A stretch of DNA of 64,000 nt from an uncultured Acidobacteriaceae bacterium. GTDB taxonomy: Bacteria; Acidobacteriota; Terriglobia; Terriglobales; Acidobacteriaceae. Positions 40,518 to 49,689 of this stretch are shown in pieces; the first letter of the stretch is position 1, and each line of letters opens with the position of its first letter. The DNA is taken from positions 3,454,163 through 3,518,162 of the forward strand of contig OY970381.1 of the NCBI GenBank assembly GCA_963719405.1. The letters run 5' to 3'. The position numbers and the translations under genes were made by a program. The notes under the pieces are model-generated. The model was not told the DNA's origin, did not search any database, and was given only the letters and a program-made list of their open reading frames with translations.

Positions 40518-41918
40518 ATGTCCATCCCCGAGTCCACTGCAGAAATCTTCGACGCCCTGGTACTTGGAAGCGGAGAGGCCGGAAAGTATCTCAGCTGGTC
40601 TCTCGGAGCAGAGGGCAAGAGGGTGGCACTAATCGAGCGCCGGTACATCGGTGGCTCATGCCCGAATATCGCCTGCTTGCCGAGCAAGCATATCGTGCAT
40701 TCGGCCAAGGTCGCCTGGTATGCGCAAAGGCTTGACACCTTTGGCTTGCACAGGCCCGAACCGGGCATCGACAAGACGGTCGTGCGTGAGCGGAAACGCG
40801 CGATGGTCAGGGGTCTGATGGAGGTGCACGAGAAGCGCTTCGCTGCCAGCCACGTCGAACTCATCCGTGGACAAGGCATCTTTACTGGGTCGCGAACCCT
40901 GCTTGTCGAGCTGGAGGAGGGCGGCACGCGGCTGGTCTCAGCAGGGCTCGTGATCGTGAGCACCGGTTCGCGGGCAGCGATCCCCGACCTCCCGGGCCTG
41001 CGTGCGTCACAACCGCTAACGCACGTAGAAGAACTAGAACTCGACAGGCTGCCAGAACATCTGGTCATCCTGGGCGGGGGCTACGTGGGACTTGAATTTG
41101 CGCAAGCGATGGTGCGCTTCGGGTCTCGCGTGACAATCATCGATCAGCATAAGCGCCTGCTTCCGTACGAGGATGAGGATGTCGCCGTCGCACTGCAGGA
41201 CCTCCTTGCGGCGGAGGGCATCCAGTTCCGATTGGGCACTGTGGTCCACTCAGTGAGTGGACGTTCCGGCGATCTGGTTTCGCTGCGGCTCCGTTCTGAT
41301 ATGGCCGAGGAAGTCATCGCTGGAACGCACATCCTTGTCGCTGCCGGCCGTTTCCCCAACACAGATGAGATCGGACTCGAGAGGGCCGGCATTGAACTGG
41401 ATTCCTCGGGTCACATCAAGGTCAATGCTTATCTAAAAACCACGGCAGAAGGCGTGTACGCAGTCGGGGATTGCGCTGGCAGCCCACACTTCACGCACAT
41501 CGCTTATGACGACTTCCGAATTGTCGAGCGGGTGCTGAGGGGCCAGGATGCGTCGACCACGGGTCGGCAAGTGCCGTACACCCTCTTTACCGATCCCGAA
41601 CTTGCCCACGTCGGTTTACACGAAGACGAGGCAAGGCGCCAGGGCCTTGCGTACCGCTTGCTGAAGCTTCCGATGGCCGCAGTGCTACGAACCCGCACAC
41701 TTGGCGAGACCGCAGGGTTCCTGAAGGCTCTCGTCGCTGACGACGATCGCATTCTTGGCTTCACGGCTTTGGGAGTCGGTGCAGGTGAGCTACTTGCACC
41801 GGTTCAGCTGGCTATGACTGCGGGGCTGCCCTACACGGCGATACGAGACCTCATCGTAACCCACCCAACCATGACCGAGGGTTTGATGTACCTGTTCTCT
41901 TCCAAGCCCACAGCGTGA
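40518..41918 (+). CDS. Class I pyridine-nucleotide-disulfide (FAD) oxidoreductase, MerA/Lpd-like
   Basis: Dinucleotide fold DALVLGSGEAGKY, redox CxxxxC GGSCPNIACLPSK, a second GG motif ILGGGYVGLEFA, and a C-terminal dimerisation region (HPTMTEG). Confidence 0.85.
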   Translation: MSIPESTAEIFDALVLGSGEAGKYLSWSLGAEGKRVALIERRYIGGSCPNIACLPSKHIVHSAKVAWYAQRLDTFGLHRPEPGIDKTVVRERKRAMVRGLMEVHEKRFAASHVELIRGQGIFTGSRTLLVELEEGGTRLVSAGLVIVSTGSRAAIPDLPGLRASQPLTHVEELELDRLPEHLVILGGGYVGLEFAQAMVRFGSRVTIIDQHKRLLPYEDEDVAVALQDLLAAEGIQFRLGTVVHSVSGRSGDLVSLRLRSDMAEEVIAGTHILVAAGRFPNTDEIGLERAGIELDSSGHIKVNAYLKTTAEGVYAVGDCAGSPHFTHIAYDDFRIVERVLRGQDASTTGRQVPYTLFTDPELAHVGLHEDEARRQGLAYRLLKLPMAAVLRTRTLGETAGFLKALVADDDRILGFTALGVGAGELLAPVQLAMTAGLPYTAIRDLIVTHPTMTEGLMYLFSSKPTA

Positions 41919-42309
41919 TCCGGGTTGGCGTAATGGGCGGACCGCTGCGAAAGATTACCTGGAATGCCCGCTCGATCTAACGAGCACCTGATGGAGAAGA
42001 AGGCCTCGACGTTCAATGATCCGGTGTAGCTTGAGAGATTATCTGGTGCAGAAATTGTGGCGGTGTTTGTCGTAAGCGTTGAACTCAGCCCAGACGACAG
42101 CCGGATCGTCATGCGCTGGTTACCGGCCGACTCCAGCCAAATAGCAGGGAACTGCCCTCTTTGAGCGCAGGTCGACGATCACTTGGTTTTTTGTGCACGG
42201 GGCCCGTTAGCGACAGATGCACCACAAAAGCTACGACAGATGTTTCCTCGAATCACACTCTGTCCCTAAAAGCAATCGTATGAGCGAACAAGTGCATCAG
42301 ATCCGCGGT

Positions 42310-43194
42310 TTACCGTATGCGCCGTAGACTCTCCGTCGAAGGGACGAAGTAGTAGGAACCCGTTAACGGCTGTGTATAGCGAGTCAGCGCATCCCGCGTG
42401 CCGTTGACCAGACCGGCCATACTCTCAAGCATCTTCACGAGCCGCCGCTGTTCTGCGGTGAAACCAACAAACATCGTTCCATGGTCGTCTACGTTTCCAT
42501 AGGGCATGTTGCGACGAAAAATGTTTCCGAACTCATCCTGATCTGTCCGGGCCACGTGAGAATCCGCTGGCTTGTTCTCAAGCTCCATGCTCTCAGCCTT
42601 CGTTCTCCCCATCACAAGTTCCTGCTTCGCCACGGGTAGGGCTTCCCATTCCTCGGTTCTGTGTTTCCATTTCTGCAGCAGCAACACGGAGCCGCCAGCG
42701 CCTGGAACACCATCGGGAAGCAGCGCATCCGAACTTGCATCCAGCAGCGTGGGGTTCTCGGATCCGTCCACAAAGCCTGTCAGATCGCGATCGTGCCGGT
42801 ACGACCAACTTGACGTTTCTTCCTTGAGCTTTGCGAAACCTGCAAGATCGTTGATCACACTTCGCGCCATATCGAATATCACGTCATAAGCGCTGCCCGA
42901 CATCCAGACCAGCGCATCGTGCTGTGTGGCCGGCATCACGAACCCCTCCACACCCTCGATATGGTTGTTGAACCCCTCGACCTGTGCTGGCGCTTCCTGC
43001 GGAGCCAACTTATGCCACAACTCGGGTCGGAAGCCGATGACGAAGTTCACGCCGCCGGTCGTAGTGCGTGGTTCACGGATCGCTGTGATACTGGCTCCGA
43101 AGCTATTCAGGTTCTGGAGGTCTATAAGATCAAACTCCAGGTAAACGTGTGAAGACGTTCCAAGAGCAAAGATGCCAGCTTGGGGTGTGTTCAT
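42310..43194 (-). CDS. Dye-decolorizing (DyP-type) peroxidase
   Basis: MNTPQAGIFALGT... and GFVDGSENP (GxxDG motif); 294 aa. Confidence 0.85.
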   Translation of the reverse strand: MNTPQAGIFALGTSSHVYLEFDLIDLQNLNSFGASITAIREPRTTTGGVNFVIGFRPELWHKLAPQEAPAQVEGFNNHIEGVEGFVMPATQHDALVWMSGSAYDVIFDMARSVINDLAGFAKLKEETSSWSYRHDRDLTGFVDGSENPTLLDASSDALLPDGVPGAGGSVLLLQKWKHRTEEWEALPVAKQELVMGRTKAESMELENKPADSHVARTDQDEFGNIFRRNMPYGNVDDHGTMFVGFTAEQRRLVKMLESMAGLVNGTRDALTRYTQPLTGSYYFVPSTESLRRIR

Positions 43195-43685
43195 GGAGGG
43201 AAGTGTATCCGGCCCGGTCAGTACATGGATTTCACGCGGCGCCTTGTGGCCTTCCCACGCTAATGCCGTTTGTCGGAGGTAATCCAGAGCCGCTCGAACG
43301 TTTAAAGCTTGCGGGCGAAGCGCAGGGAAGATTACTCAAAAGGGGCTCTGCCTCAGGTTGTGACCGAGAACGGCGTGGGCAGGTCCACCCAGCCTGCTCA
43401 GCGCCCATCTCGTGGCTCGTTGTTTGAAGTGACTGCCAAGTTCGAAATCGCAACAAATCCGTCCACAACCGTCGATGAGTGCTTTGGCATGTTCTCGCTA
43501 TTCGAAACTCAATTCCTTTCATCAGCGACTCCTTCATCGGGAATCCGACTGACCGGGGCTTCGGATGGGAACGAGTGAAAGAGCAGCGAACGACTACGAA
43601 ACCAGCTGCGTTAATGGCAATCCCACCCAGACCGGCGCGCAGTCGGAACCCACTTCGCTTAGAAGATCTTGCATTTCTAACGTGA

Positions 43686-44267
43686 TCAGCCCTCGATGAT
43701 CAGTGGCGGTCCGATCCACTCCATGCCATAACTCCGCATTGCTTCTTTTTCCTGGGGTGTCGAGGAGTAGGCTCCTTTCTTGATGCCGAGCTTCTCGCGG
43801 TCGTTGAAGAACTGTTCCATCTTTCCTGCGGGCGAATAGGAGAGCAAGAGCTTGCCAGTGGATTCGCCGACGAAAGCCCAGGCGTGTGGGACTTCGCGCG
43901 GACCCAGAACACAGTCTCCTGCTTTCAGATGGAACCGGTCCGAGCCGATTTCAACGATGTATTCGCCCTCGATCACATAGAACAACTCGTCCTGACCATG
44001 ATGCAAATGTCGGTTGGGCCCTCCCTTCTTAGCATTCGCCTGTTCCATGACAAACATAGCGCCCGCGGTCTCGGCAGTCAGCACCTTGTAGGTCGTGTGG
44101 CTTACCCCCACTGCGTGCTCCTTGCCTTCGCGATCCTTCCCGGCGAGAACGAGGACGCCCGTACCGATTGAGCCATTGGCTGAACTCTGCCCACGCAAAT
44201 ATTCTTCCGGCACCGCAAGGACAGCTGCAACGATCTGAAGAAAATTTCGACGAAGAATCCGACTCAT
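43686..44267 (-). CDS. Cupin-domain protein with a TAT-like signal
   Basis: MSRILRRNFLQIVAAVLAVP, then a cupin core NRHLHHGQDELFYVIEGEY...GPREVPHAW. Confidence 0.75.
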   Translation of the reverse strand: MSRILRRNFLQIVAAVLAVPEEYLRGQSSANGSIGTGVLVLAGKDREGKEHAVGVSHTTYKVLTAETAGAMFVMEQANAKKGGPNRHLHHGQDELFYVIEGEYIVEIGSDRFHLKAGDCVLGPREVPHAWAFVGESTGKLLLSYSPAGKMEQFFNDREKLGIKKGAYSSTPQEKEAMRSYGMEWIGPPLIIEG

Positions 44268-44369
44268 CTTCTGCCTCCATGGAGCTGCTTTAGCGTCGTC
44301 CGATGTTTAGCAAAAGTAAAGGGCAATTGTGGGTCGAAAGTTCTCTTTGACAATTCGGTATGCAAGGTT

Positions 44370-44918
44370 TTGAAGATGCGCCCGATGTTCCACTCACAAG
44401 ATCAAGACCCGAAAATGCTTCGATCAAATGATCGGCGAGACCTTGAACTGTTTAGAAGGACGCAGAATCGCCAATGCACCCGTCGAGCGTTGCGGCGTCC
44501 GGGAGATTGCGGCTTCTGTTCGGATCACGCGCAAGCCGGCAGCTGCGGGCACTTGAAGAGCGAGCACGCCGCCGCTCTTGGAAACAGCAGCCTCTTCGCA
44601 TTCGCTGGGCTGTGGGACGCCTGGAAAGACAAGGACGGCCACTGGCTGCAGTCCTACGCCATCGTGACGACGGAAGCCAACGAGCTGATGACGAAGATCC
44701 ACCCTCGTATGCCTGTCATTCTTCACACCCGAGACTATGACCGCTGGCTGGACAGGGAAGAGACAGAGCGCTTGCCAATTGATCTGCTCAGACCATTCGA
44801 ATCCGAAGAGATGGAAGTCTACGAGGCGAATCCGAAAGTCGGTAACGTCCGGAACAACGGTCCCGAGATGATGCGTGTTGCGGCGAAAGCAGCCGAGGCC
44901 GGCGATCTACCCTTGTAA
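44370..44918 (+). pseudogene. SRAP/YedK-family protein lacking the catalytic N-terminus (second copy)
   Basis: The C-terminal 110 aa (FAFAGLWDAWKDKDGHWLQSYAIVTTEANELMTKIHPRMPVILHTRDYDRWL...) are clearly SRAP and paralogous to 35290..35719. The N-terminal 70 aa are degenerate, with no MCGR. Confidence 0.6.
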
Positions 44919-45509
44919 GGTGCGACTTTCGGCTCATTCCCGTGGAATGAACAAAGCAGGTAGGCTGGCACGATGGTAAGAGCGGCTCACCTTATGCTTG
45001 GCCTTCTGCTGGCCGCTGTTCCAGGAACGGCGCAGACCGCAGAACACGTGTATTCCCCGGGGACGAATCTGGAGCAGAGCGAGCTGGCTCAACTGGAGAC
45101 TGCGACCCATACCGTGGATGTGGCGATGTACAGCTTCACCGACCGGTACCTCGCGGAGGAACTGGCTGCGCTCGCTCGCAAGGGCGTCAGAATCCGGGTT
45201 TACAGGGATCGCGAGCAGTTCTCTCAGGAGACACAGTGGTGCGGCATCACGACCACCGGCATCCTGCTCGCGGCAGGCATCGAGGTCCGGGTCAAAGGCG
45301 CGAAAGATCTTATGCACCTCAAAAATTACGCGATCGATGGACGGCTCCTGCGTACAGGCTCCGCGAACTAGTCGCCGACCGGCCTGAAGCGTCAGGACAA
45401 CGATGTTCTGTACGAGTCGTCACCTGTGGCGGTCGAGCGGTTTGAGAGGAAGTTTGAGGAGATGTGGGGCAGGGCAGGCAACACAGAAGTTGCCCTTCCT
45501 CAGCCCTAG
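44560..45509 (+). repeat. Module copy B: SRAP remnant + Nuc-like PLD pseudogene
   Basis: See copy A. The orientation is the same, about 9 kb downstream. Confidence 0.8.
44973..45509 (+). pseudogene. Nuc-like PLD-family endonuclease (second copy) with an in-frame TAG
   Basis: It is collinear with 35724..36251. SAN-TAG-SPTGLKRQDNDVLYE: TAG at 45369-45371 replaces TGG (Trp), and the frame stays open and conserved to TAG 45507-45509. Confidence 0.85.
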
Positions 45510-45586
45510 CGCTCTATCTTCGCTTTGCCTTCGCCACTTCTGCTATACGTGAAGTAGGGGAAAACGATGAGCCTGGTAGAGGTCGA

Positions 45587-45991
45587 GTGTCGTGTACGTG
45601 GCCTTTAGTCCTTCCATATTTCGAGGGAAGGGTGCCCGCGGGCTTTCCTTCCCCGGCTGAAGACTACCTGGAGACTCCGCTCGATCTCTCCGAGTACCTC
45701 GTCGAGAACAAGGCGGCGACGTTCATGATGCGCGTTGATGGGGACTCGATGAAAGACGCCGGCATCCTCAATGGCGATCTGCTGGTCGTAGACCGGGCGG
45801 CAAAGCCGACTAACGGCTCCGTCGTGGTGGTCGCCGTCAATGGCGAGTACACGGTGAAGCGCCTGCGTCGCTGTCCTGACTGCGTGTGGCTCGAACCGGC
45901 GAACCCACGCTATCAAGCCATCCGCGTTGGAATCGGTGAAGACCTGCATGTCTTCGGGGTTGTGAGACACGCCATCCATACCTTGCGATGA
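45587..45991 (+). CDS. umuD: UmuD-like S24 peptidase (translesion-synthesis accessory protein)
   Basis: VPAGFPSPAEDYLE..., RVDGDSMKDAGILNGDLLVVD (catalytic Ser), and EYTVKRL (Lys), with no LexA DNA-binding domain. GTG 45587 is preceded by GAGG. The track start 45464 lies inside the upstream pseudogene. Confidence 0.85.
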   Translation: MSCTWPLVLPYFEGRVPAGFPSPAEDYLETPLDLSEYLVENKAATFMMRVDGDSMKDAGILNGDLLVVDRAAKPTNGSVVVVAVNGEYTVKRLRRCPDCVWLEPANPRYQAIRVGIGEDLHVFGVVRHAIHTLR

Positions 45992-46320
45992 GCCGGTATC
46001 CCGTCACACCGGATGGCCGGTACTTCGTGGTGCGCGGTCGCCTGTGGCGCTGCAGCAACCCTCAGCTCCCCGAGGAAGAAAGACAGCGCCTGACCGCGGT
46101 GCTGATGGCTGCGCGGCGTGCGAAGGGGATTGCGATGCGAGCTGGCGACGAACAGGGCAGGGAACTGGCCAGGCAACAGATCGATGCTGCGAAGATCGCT
46201 CTGGGCGAGCGTGGAGCTGTGTGGTGGAATGACGGCGTACCGGACGTGAACCGTCACATGGTGAAGAATACTTCCTATGCCGCGTGGTTCGCTGCGCTGG
46301 AGCACGGTGAGCATGGATGA
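45988..46320 (+). CDS. Conserved hypothetical protein inserted between umuD and umuC
   Basis: 110 aa, [35 protein letters not shown]...[19 protein letters not shown]. An ATGA overlap links it to the umuD stop, and its own stop overlaps the umuC ATG. Confidence 0.7.
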   Translation: MSRYPVTPDGRYFVVRGRLWRCSNPQLPEEERQRLTAVLMAARRAKGIAMRAGDEQGRELARQQIDAAKIALGERGAVWWNDGVPDVNRHMVKNTSYAAWFAALEHGEHG

Positions 46321-46440
46321 AGTCTTCGGCCTCATCGATTGCAACAACTTCTATGTGAGCTGTGAGCGTGTCTTCCGGCCGGACCTTGAAGGCAAGCCGG
46401 TCATCGTGCTCTCGAATAACGATGGTTGCTGCGTGGCAAG
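46313..46440 (+). pseudogene. umuC: Y-family DNA polymerase (UmuC/Pol V) - first ~43 codons only
   Basis: [43 protein letters not shown] matches the UmuC N-terminus. Similarity ends near 46440, and the frame stops at 46507. Confidence 0.75.
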
Positions 46441-46503
46441 GAGGGCGCGCCTTCCGCCTGCGGGGTTCGTTGGTTTGCGTCGATGCGCAGTGCATGAGCT
46501 GCT

Positions 46504-46704
46504 TTGAGGGCTGATGCTTCTGTCGGTACCGGAGCGAACTCGAAGCAAATCGAGCTTCTCGAGCTTGATGCGGCGGGCATACACGTTGCGGAGTACCTGA
46601 CGGTTCTCCCATCGCGGGAGGTCCTCGAGCGCAAGCTGCACGATGCAATTGCGACAGCCCGAGCGCGTTTTGAAGCCAAGGAACTTGAAGTGGACGCCCT
46701 ATGA
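46504..46704 (+). pseudogene. C-terminal ~60 codons of a second YhcG-type PDDEXK nuclease
   Basis: GANSKQIELLELDAAGIHVAEYLTVLPSREVLERKLHDAI aligns with the end of 20084..21168 (GKNTEQIELLELDASGIHVADYLTVLPSREDLQRKLHEA). Confidence 0.7.
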
Positions 46705-47633
46705 GCACCGCACTCGTTCACGTTCCGCTGCGGCCAGACGTGCCTACCGTCAACGGGCGGTTCGAGAACTTGAAGGACATAGTCCTCAAGGGTGTCACAT
46801 CCGTCCACTCCAAGCGCAACTATGGCAAGGCGCTCGACGAGCTGCAGGCCTTCTGTGTGGACCGGCAAGCGGTGCTGTCGCGTTCGCTGCTCCTCGACTT
46901 CCGTTCCGCGATGATCGAGCGCGAGCTGAGCCCATCGACGATCAACGTCAAGCTATCCGCGATCCGGAGCCTGGTGGGCGAAGCTCGGCGGGCAGGTGTT
47001 CTGGGCGCAGAAGACGCCTCGCAGATGACGGACATCCCCAATGTCGAGCAGCAGGGAACCCATCTCGGGAACTGGCTGACCCAGGAGCAGGCGAAAGAAT
47101 TGCTGGCGGTTCCTGATCGCTCCACGCTGAAAGGAAAGCGGGACTACGTGATCCTGTCGCTCTTGGTCGGCTGTGCGCTACGCAGAAGGGAACTGGCCTC
47201 CCTATATACAGAGGACATCCAGATGCGTGAGGGTCGCTGGGTCATCGCTGATCTCCGCGGGAAGGGTAATCGCATCAGAACCGTGGCAGTACCGGTCTGG
47301 GTCAAGCAAGGCGTGAACGCCTGGCTTATAGCCGCGAAGCTCGAAGAAGGACGGCTTCTACGGGCAGTCTCGAAGGGCGGAAAGTTGAAGGGAGAGGGTC
47401 TGAGCGACTGGGCGATCTGGTCGGTGGTCGAGCAGTCTGCCAAGCAGATCGGCATCGAACGGTTTGGTGCCCATGACCTCCGCCGCACGTGCGCCAAACT
47501 GTGCCGCAAGGCGGGCGGCGACCTCGAATAAATCAAGTTCCTCCTCGGGCACTCCTCCATCCAGACTACCGAACGGTATCTTGGCTCAGAACAGGAGATC
47601 GCCATCGCTGTAAACGATAACCTCGATTTATAG
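46701..47633 (+). pseudogene. Second copy of the XerD-like tyrosine recombinase, nonsense-mutated before the catalytic His/Tyr
   Basis: It has the same length (933 nt) and is collinear with 21165..22097. TAA at 47529-47531 replaces CAG, and the downstream frame still reads IKFLLGHSSIQTTERYLGSEQEIAIAVNDNL. Confidence 0.85.
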
Positions 47634-48060
47634 GTCCATACGGAAGAACTTGTAAATGCCTCCGCGTTGGATGCCGCTAGCGGGGAGATCCCAGCTGCCG
47701 TAAGAAGTGCAGGCATGATGAACTGTCGGCTCTGTTCGGATGACTTGGGAAGAAGTTCCTTCACATCCGTTATTCTGACGGACGCCGGCGGTGCCGTTGC
47801 CGCCAGAGATTACCTCTGAGAGCTTGCTGAGGCTGTCATCCTTTCCGAGCCGGAAAAATATACGTGGCACATACCGGTCCTCACGCCCATCGGTCAACCA
47901 GAATGGCGCGCCTAGGGCAGGTGCTCTTTACATCGAGACGAGTGAATGGCCCCGTCTACACCTGACGCGTAACCTTGCAGACGAATGAGGCAGGTAGCCT
48001 CCCTTTACTTCCGGCCGATAGTCTAGTCGCGGGGTCATCGCATCCCTAGTCTTGGCAGAC

Positions 48061-49080
48061 TCAGGTCACCTGGTGCGGGAGCAGCACCGGAGATCCAGTT
48101 ATGGTCTCATCTCTAACTGCCTGAAGCGCGTCCGCTGCTTGATCCAGCCGAAACGTTTTCATTGCAGGCGTGATCCCTATCTCTTCTGCAATTTTCAGGA
48201 AGTCCGTCGCATCCTGGCGCGTCATATTCGCGACGCTGCGTATCTGGCGCTCGTGCCACAAGAGCGAATCGTAATCAAAGGCTGGGACCAGATCCATGTG
48301 GATCGCGTTGATTGCAACGATTCCGCCCTTGTCCAGAGCTTTCAGTGCGGCCAACAGCACTGCGCCCGCTGGAGCGAACGTTACCGCGGCGTCCAGCCGG
48401 GCGGGCGGCTGATCGAGTGCGTCCCCAACCCATGTAGCACCGAGTTCACCAGCCTCCCGTCGATGTTGTGCACCGCGCGTTGAGACGTAGACCTCGCAAC
48501 CCCAGGCCTGAAGCACGGGCATCACGAGACGCGCTGATGCGCCAAATCCGAATAAGCCCACACGGTGCCCGGGTTTGACCCCCGCCAGCCGCACACTGCG
48601 AAAGCCGATCGTCCCAGCGCAAAGGAGAGGTGCAGTTGTCACTGGCGAGAGCTTACCTGAGAGGGGGATTAGAAAATCTGTCCTCGCAACCGCAAATTCG
48701 GCATACCCGCCGTCGCGCGTGTATCCCGTAAAGACCGCTTCATCGCACAGATTCTCCCTGCCGCTCCAGCAGAACTTGCATGTGCCATCGGCACCTCCCA
48801 TCCACGAGACGCCAACCAGGCTCCCCACCCGGAAATTACCAGATGTGCAAAGAACAACTTCACCCACGATCTGATGACCCAGGATCAAAGGCTCCTTTTT
48901 CAAGGGGAGATCGCCATCCACAATGTGAAGGTCTGTCCGGCAAACCCCACACGCAAGCACTTTCAGCAGAGATTCCCCTGCCCGGGGTTGCGGAATTGGC
49001 ACCTCCTCAATGCTCAGGTGTAACTCACCACCCGGTCCAGCCACTTGGAGCACCGCCGCCTGCATCGATGGTGGATTCAT
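48061..49080 (-). CDS. Zinc-dependent alcohol dehydrogenase family protein
   Basis: ACGVCRTDLHIVDG, GHQIVGEV, and the NAD fold GLFGFGASA; 339 aa. Confidence 0.9.
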   Translation of the reverse strand: MNPPSMQAAVLQVAGPGGELHLSIEEVPIPQPRAGESLLKVLACGVCRTDLHIVDGDLPLKKEPLILGHQIVGEVVLCTSGNFRVGSLVGVSWMGGADGTCKFCWSGRENLCDEAVFTGYTRDGGYAEFAVARTDFLIPLSGKLSPVTTAPLLCAGTIGFRSVRLAGVKPGHRVGLFGFGASARLVMPVLQAWGCEVYVSTRGAQHRREAGELGATWVGDALDQPPARLDAAVTFAPAGAVLLAALKALDKGGIVAINAIHMDLVPAFDYDSLLWHERQIRSVANMTRQDATDFLKIAEEIGITPAMKTFRLDQAADALQAVRDETITGSPVLLPHQVT

Positions 49081-49244
49081 TCTGGCAAGCCCGCCGGGTG
49101 ATCAAGGTAAGCCACGACTCTAATCGATGAGATGCAGTAAAGCGAAGCCAACGCTCATCTTCAAGTACGCAGACCTGGGTCGGCCTGGGTGTCATAAGTC
49201 TGCGTATCGGACATGAACGCGTGGGATGATATCGAAAGGCCTAA

Positions 49245-49272
49245 CATCCCGGCCAGGTTGCAGGCCGGGATG
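49245..49272 (-). terminator. GC-rich hairpin in the ADH leader (possible attenuator/terminator)
   Basis: CATCCCGGCC (49245-49254) pairs with GGCCGGGATG (49263-49272) across an 8-nt loop. On the minus strand it is followed by TTAGGCCTTTCG. Its function is not established. Confidence 0.3.
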
Positions 49273-49337
49273 AGATGTCACAGCAGTTAATCCTCGACTC
49301 GCAGCGAAGCGACATAACGATGGAGATTTCACTATCC

Positions 49338-49353
49338 CGTGATTGACTTCACA
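49338..49353. promoter_or_regulatory. Crp/Fnr-type palindrome CGTGA-TTGACT-TCACA
   Basis: One mismatch to TGTGA-N6-TCACA. It sits 2 bp from the next site, in the ADH/csp divergent intergenic region. Confidence 0.5.
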
Positions 49354-49355
49354 TT

Positions 49356-49371
49356 TGTGATAACGATCACA
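49356..49371. promoter_or_regulatory. Crp/Fnr-type palindrome TGTGA-TAACGA-TCACA (perfect half-sites)
   Basis: Read directly from the sequence; intergenic. Confidence 0.6.
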
Positions 49372-49689
49372 GCATTTACACGCCCGAAAAGCAATCATCT
49401 ATATGATCGATTAATCTCTTCAATACAGCTTGGTCACTAAGACCTGTTCCAGCACTGCACCCCTTAGATGTTATTTTCGAGCGTGAGCTGCTGGGAACAA
49501 GCTCATTTAGCTGTGGCCTGAGATGCTCTAGGAATTTCAAGCGGTACCGACCTGGCGCGAGCATGGACATATCCTGGATGAAACCATAGTCCCTACCCGA
49601 TCTATCGTTCTCCATCAAAATGAAGGAGGACCATCTAGAGACCCATTCGCAATGAGGGATCCAGCTAGAATCTTCAATGGAGGTGTCAT

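Larger units (their letters stand above)
46504..47633 (+). repeat. Module copy B: 3' end of YhcG gene + recombinase (inactivated)
   Basis: See copy A. The orientation is the same, about 24.4 kb downstream. Confidence 0.8.

Noticed and set aside
45421-45590. LexA/SOS box upstream of umuD (and 44268-44369 upstream of the SRAP copy)
   Set aside because: I found no GTTC-N7-GTTC direct repeat, no CTGT-N8-ACAG, and no CGAAC-N4-GTTCG-type palindrome. CTGCTATACGTGAAGTAG (45539-45556) is only weakly symmetric.
47628-47897. 89-aa minus-strand ORF downstream of the inactivated recombinase
   Set aside because: Its composition is protein-like, but there is no start context and no family I recognise. It may be another gene remnant, so I have not called it.
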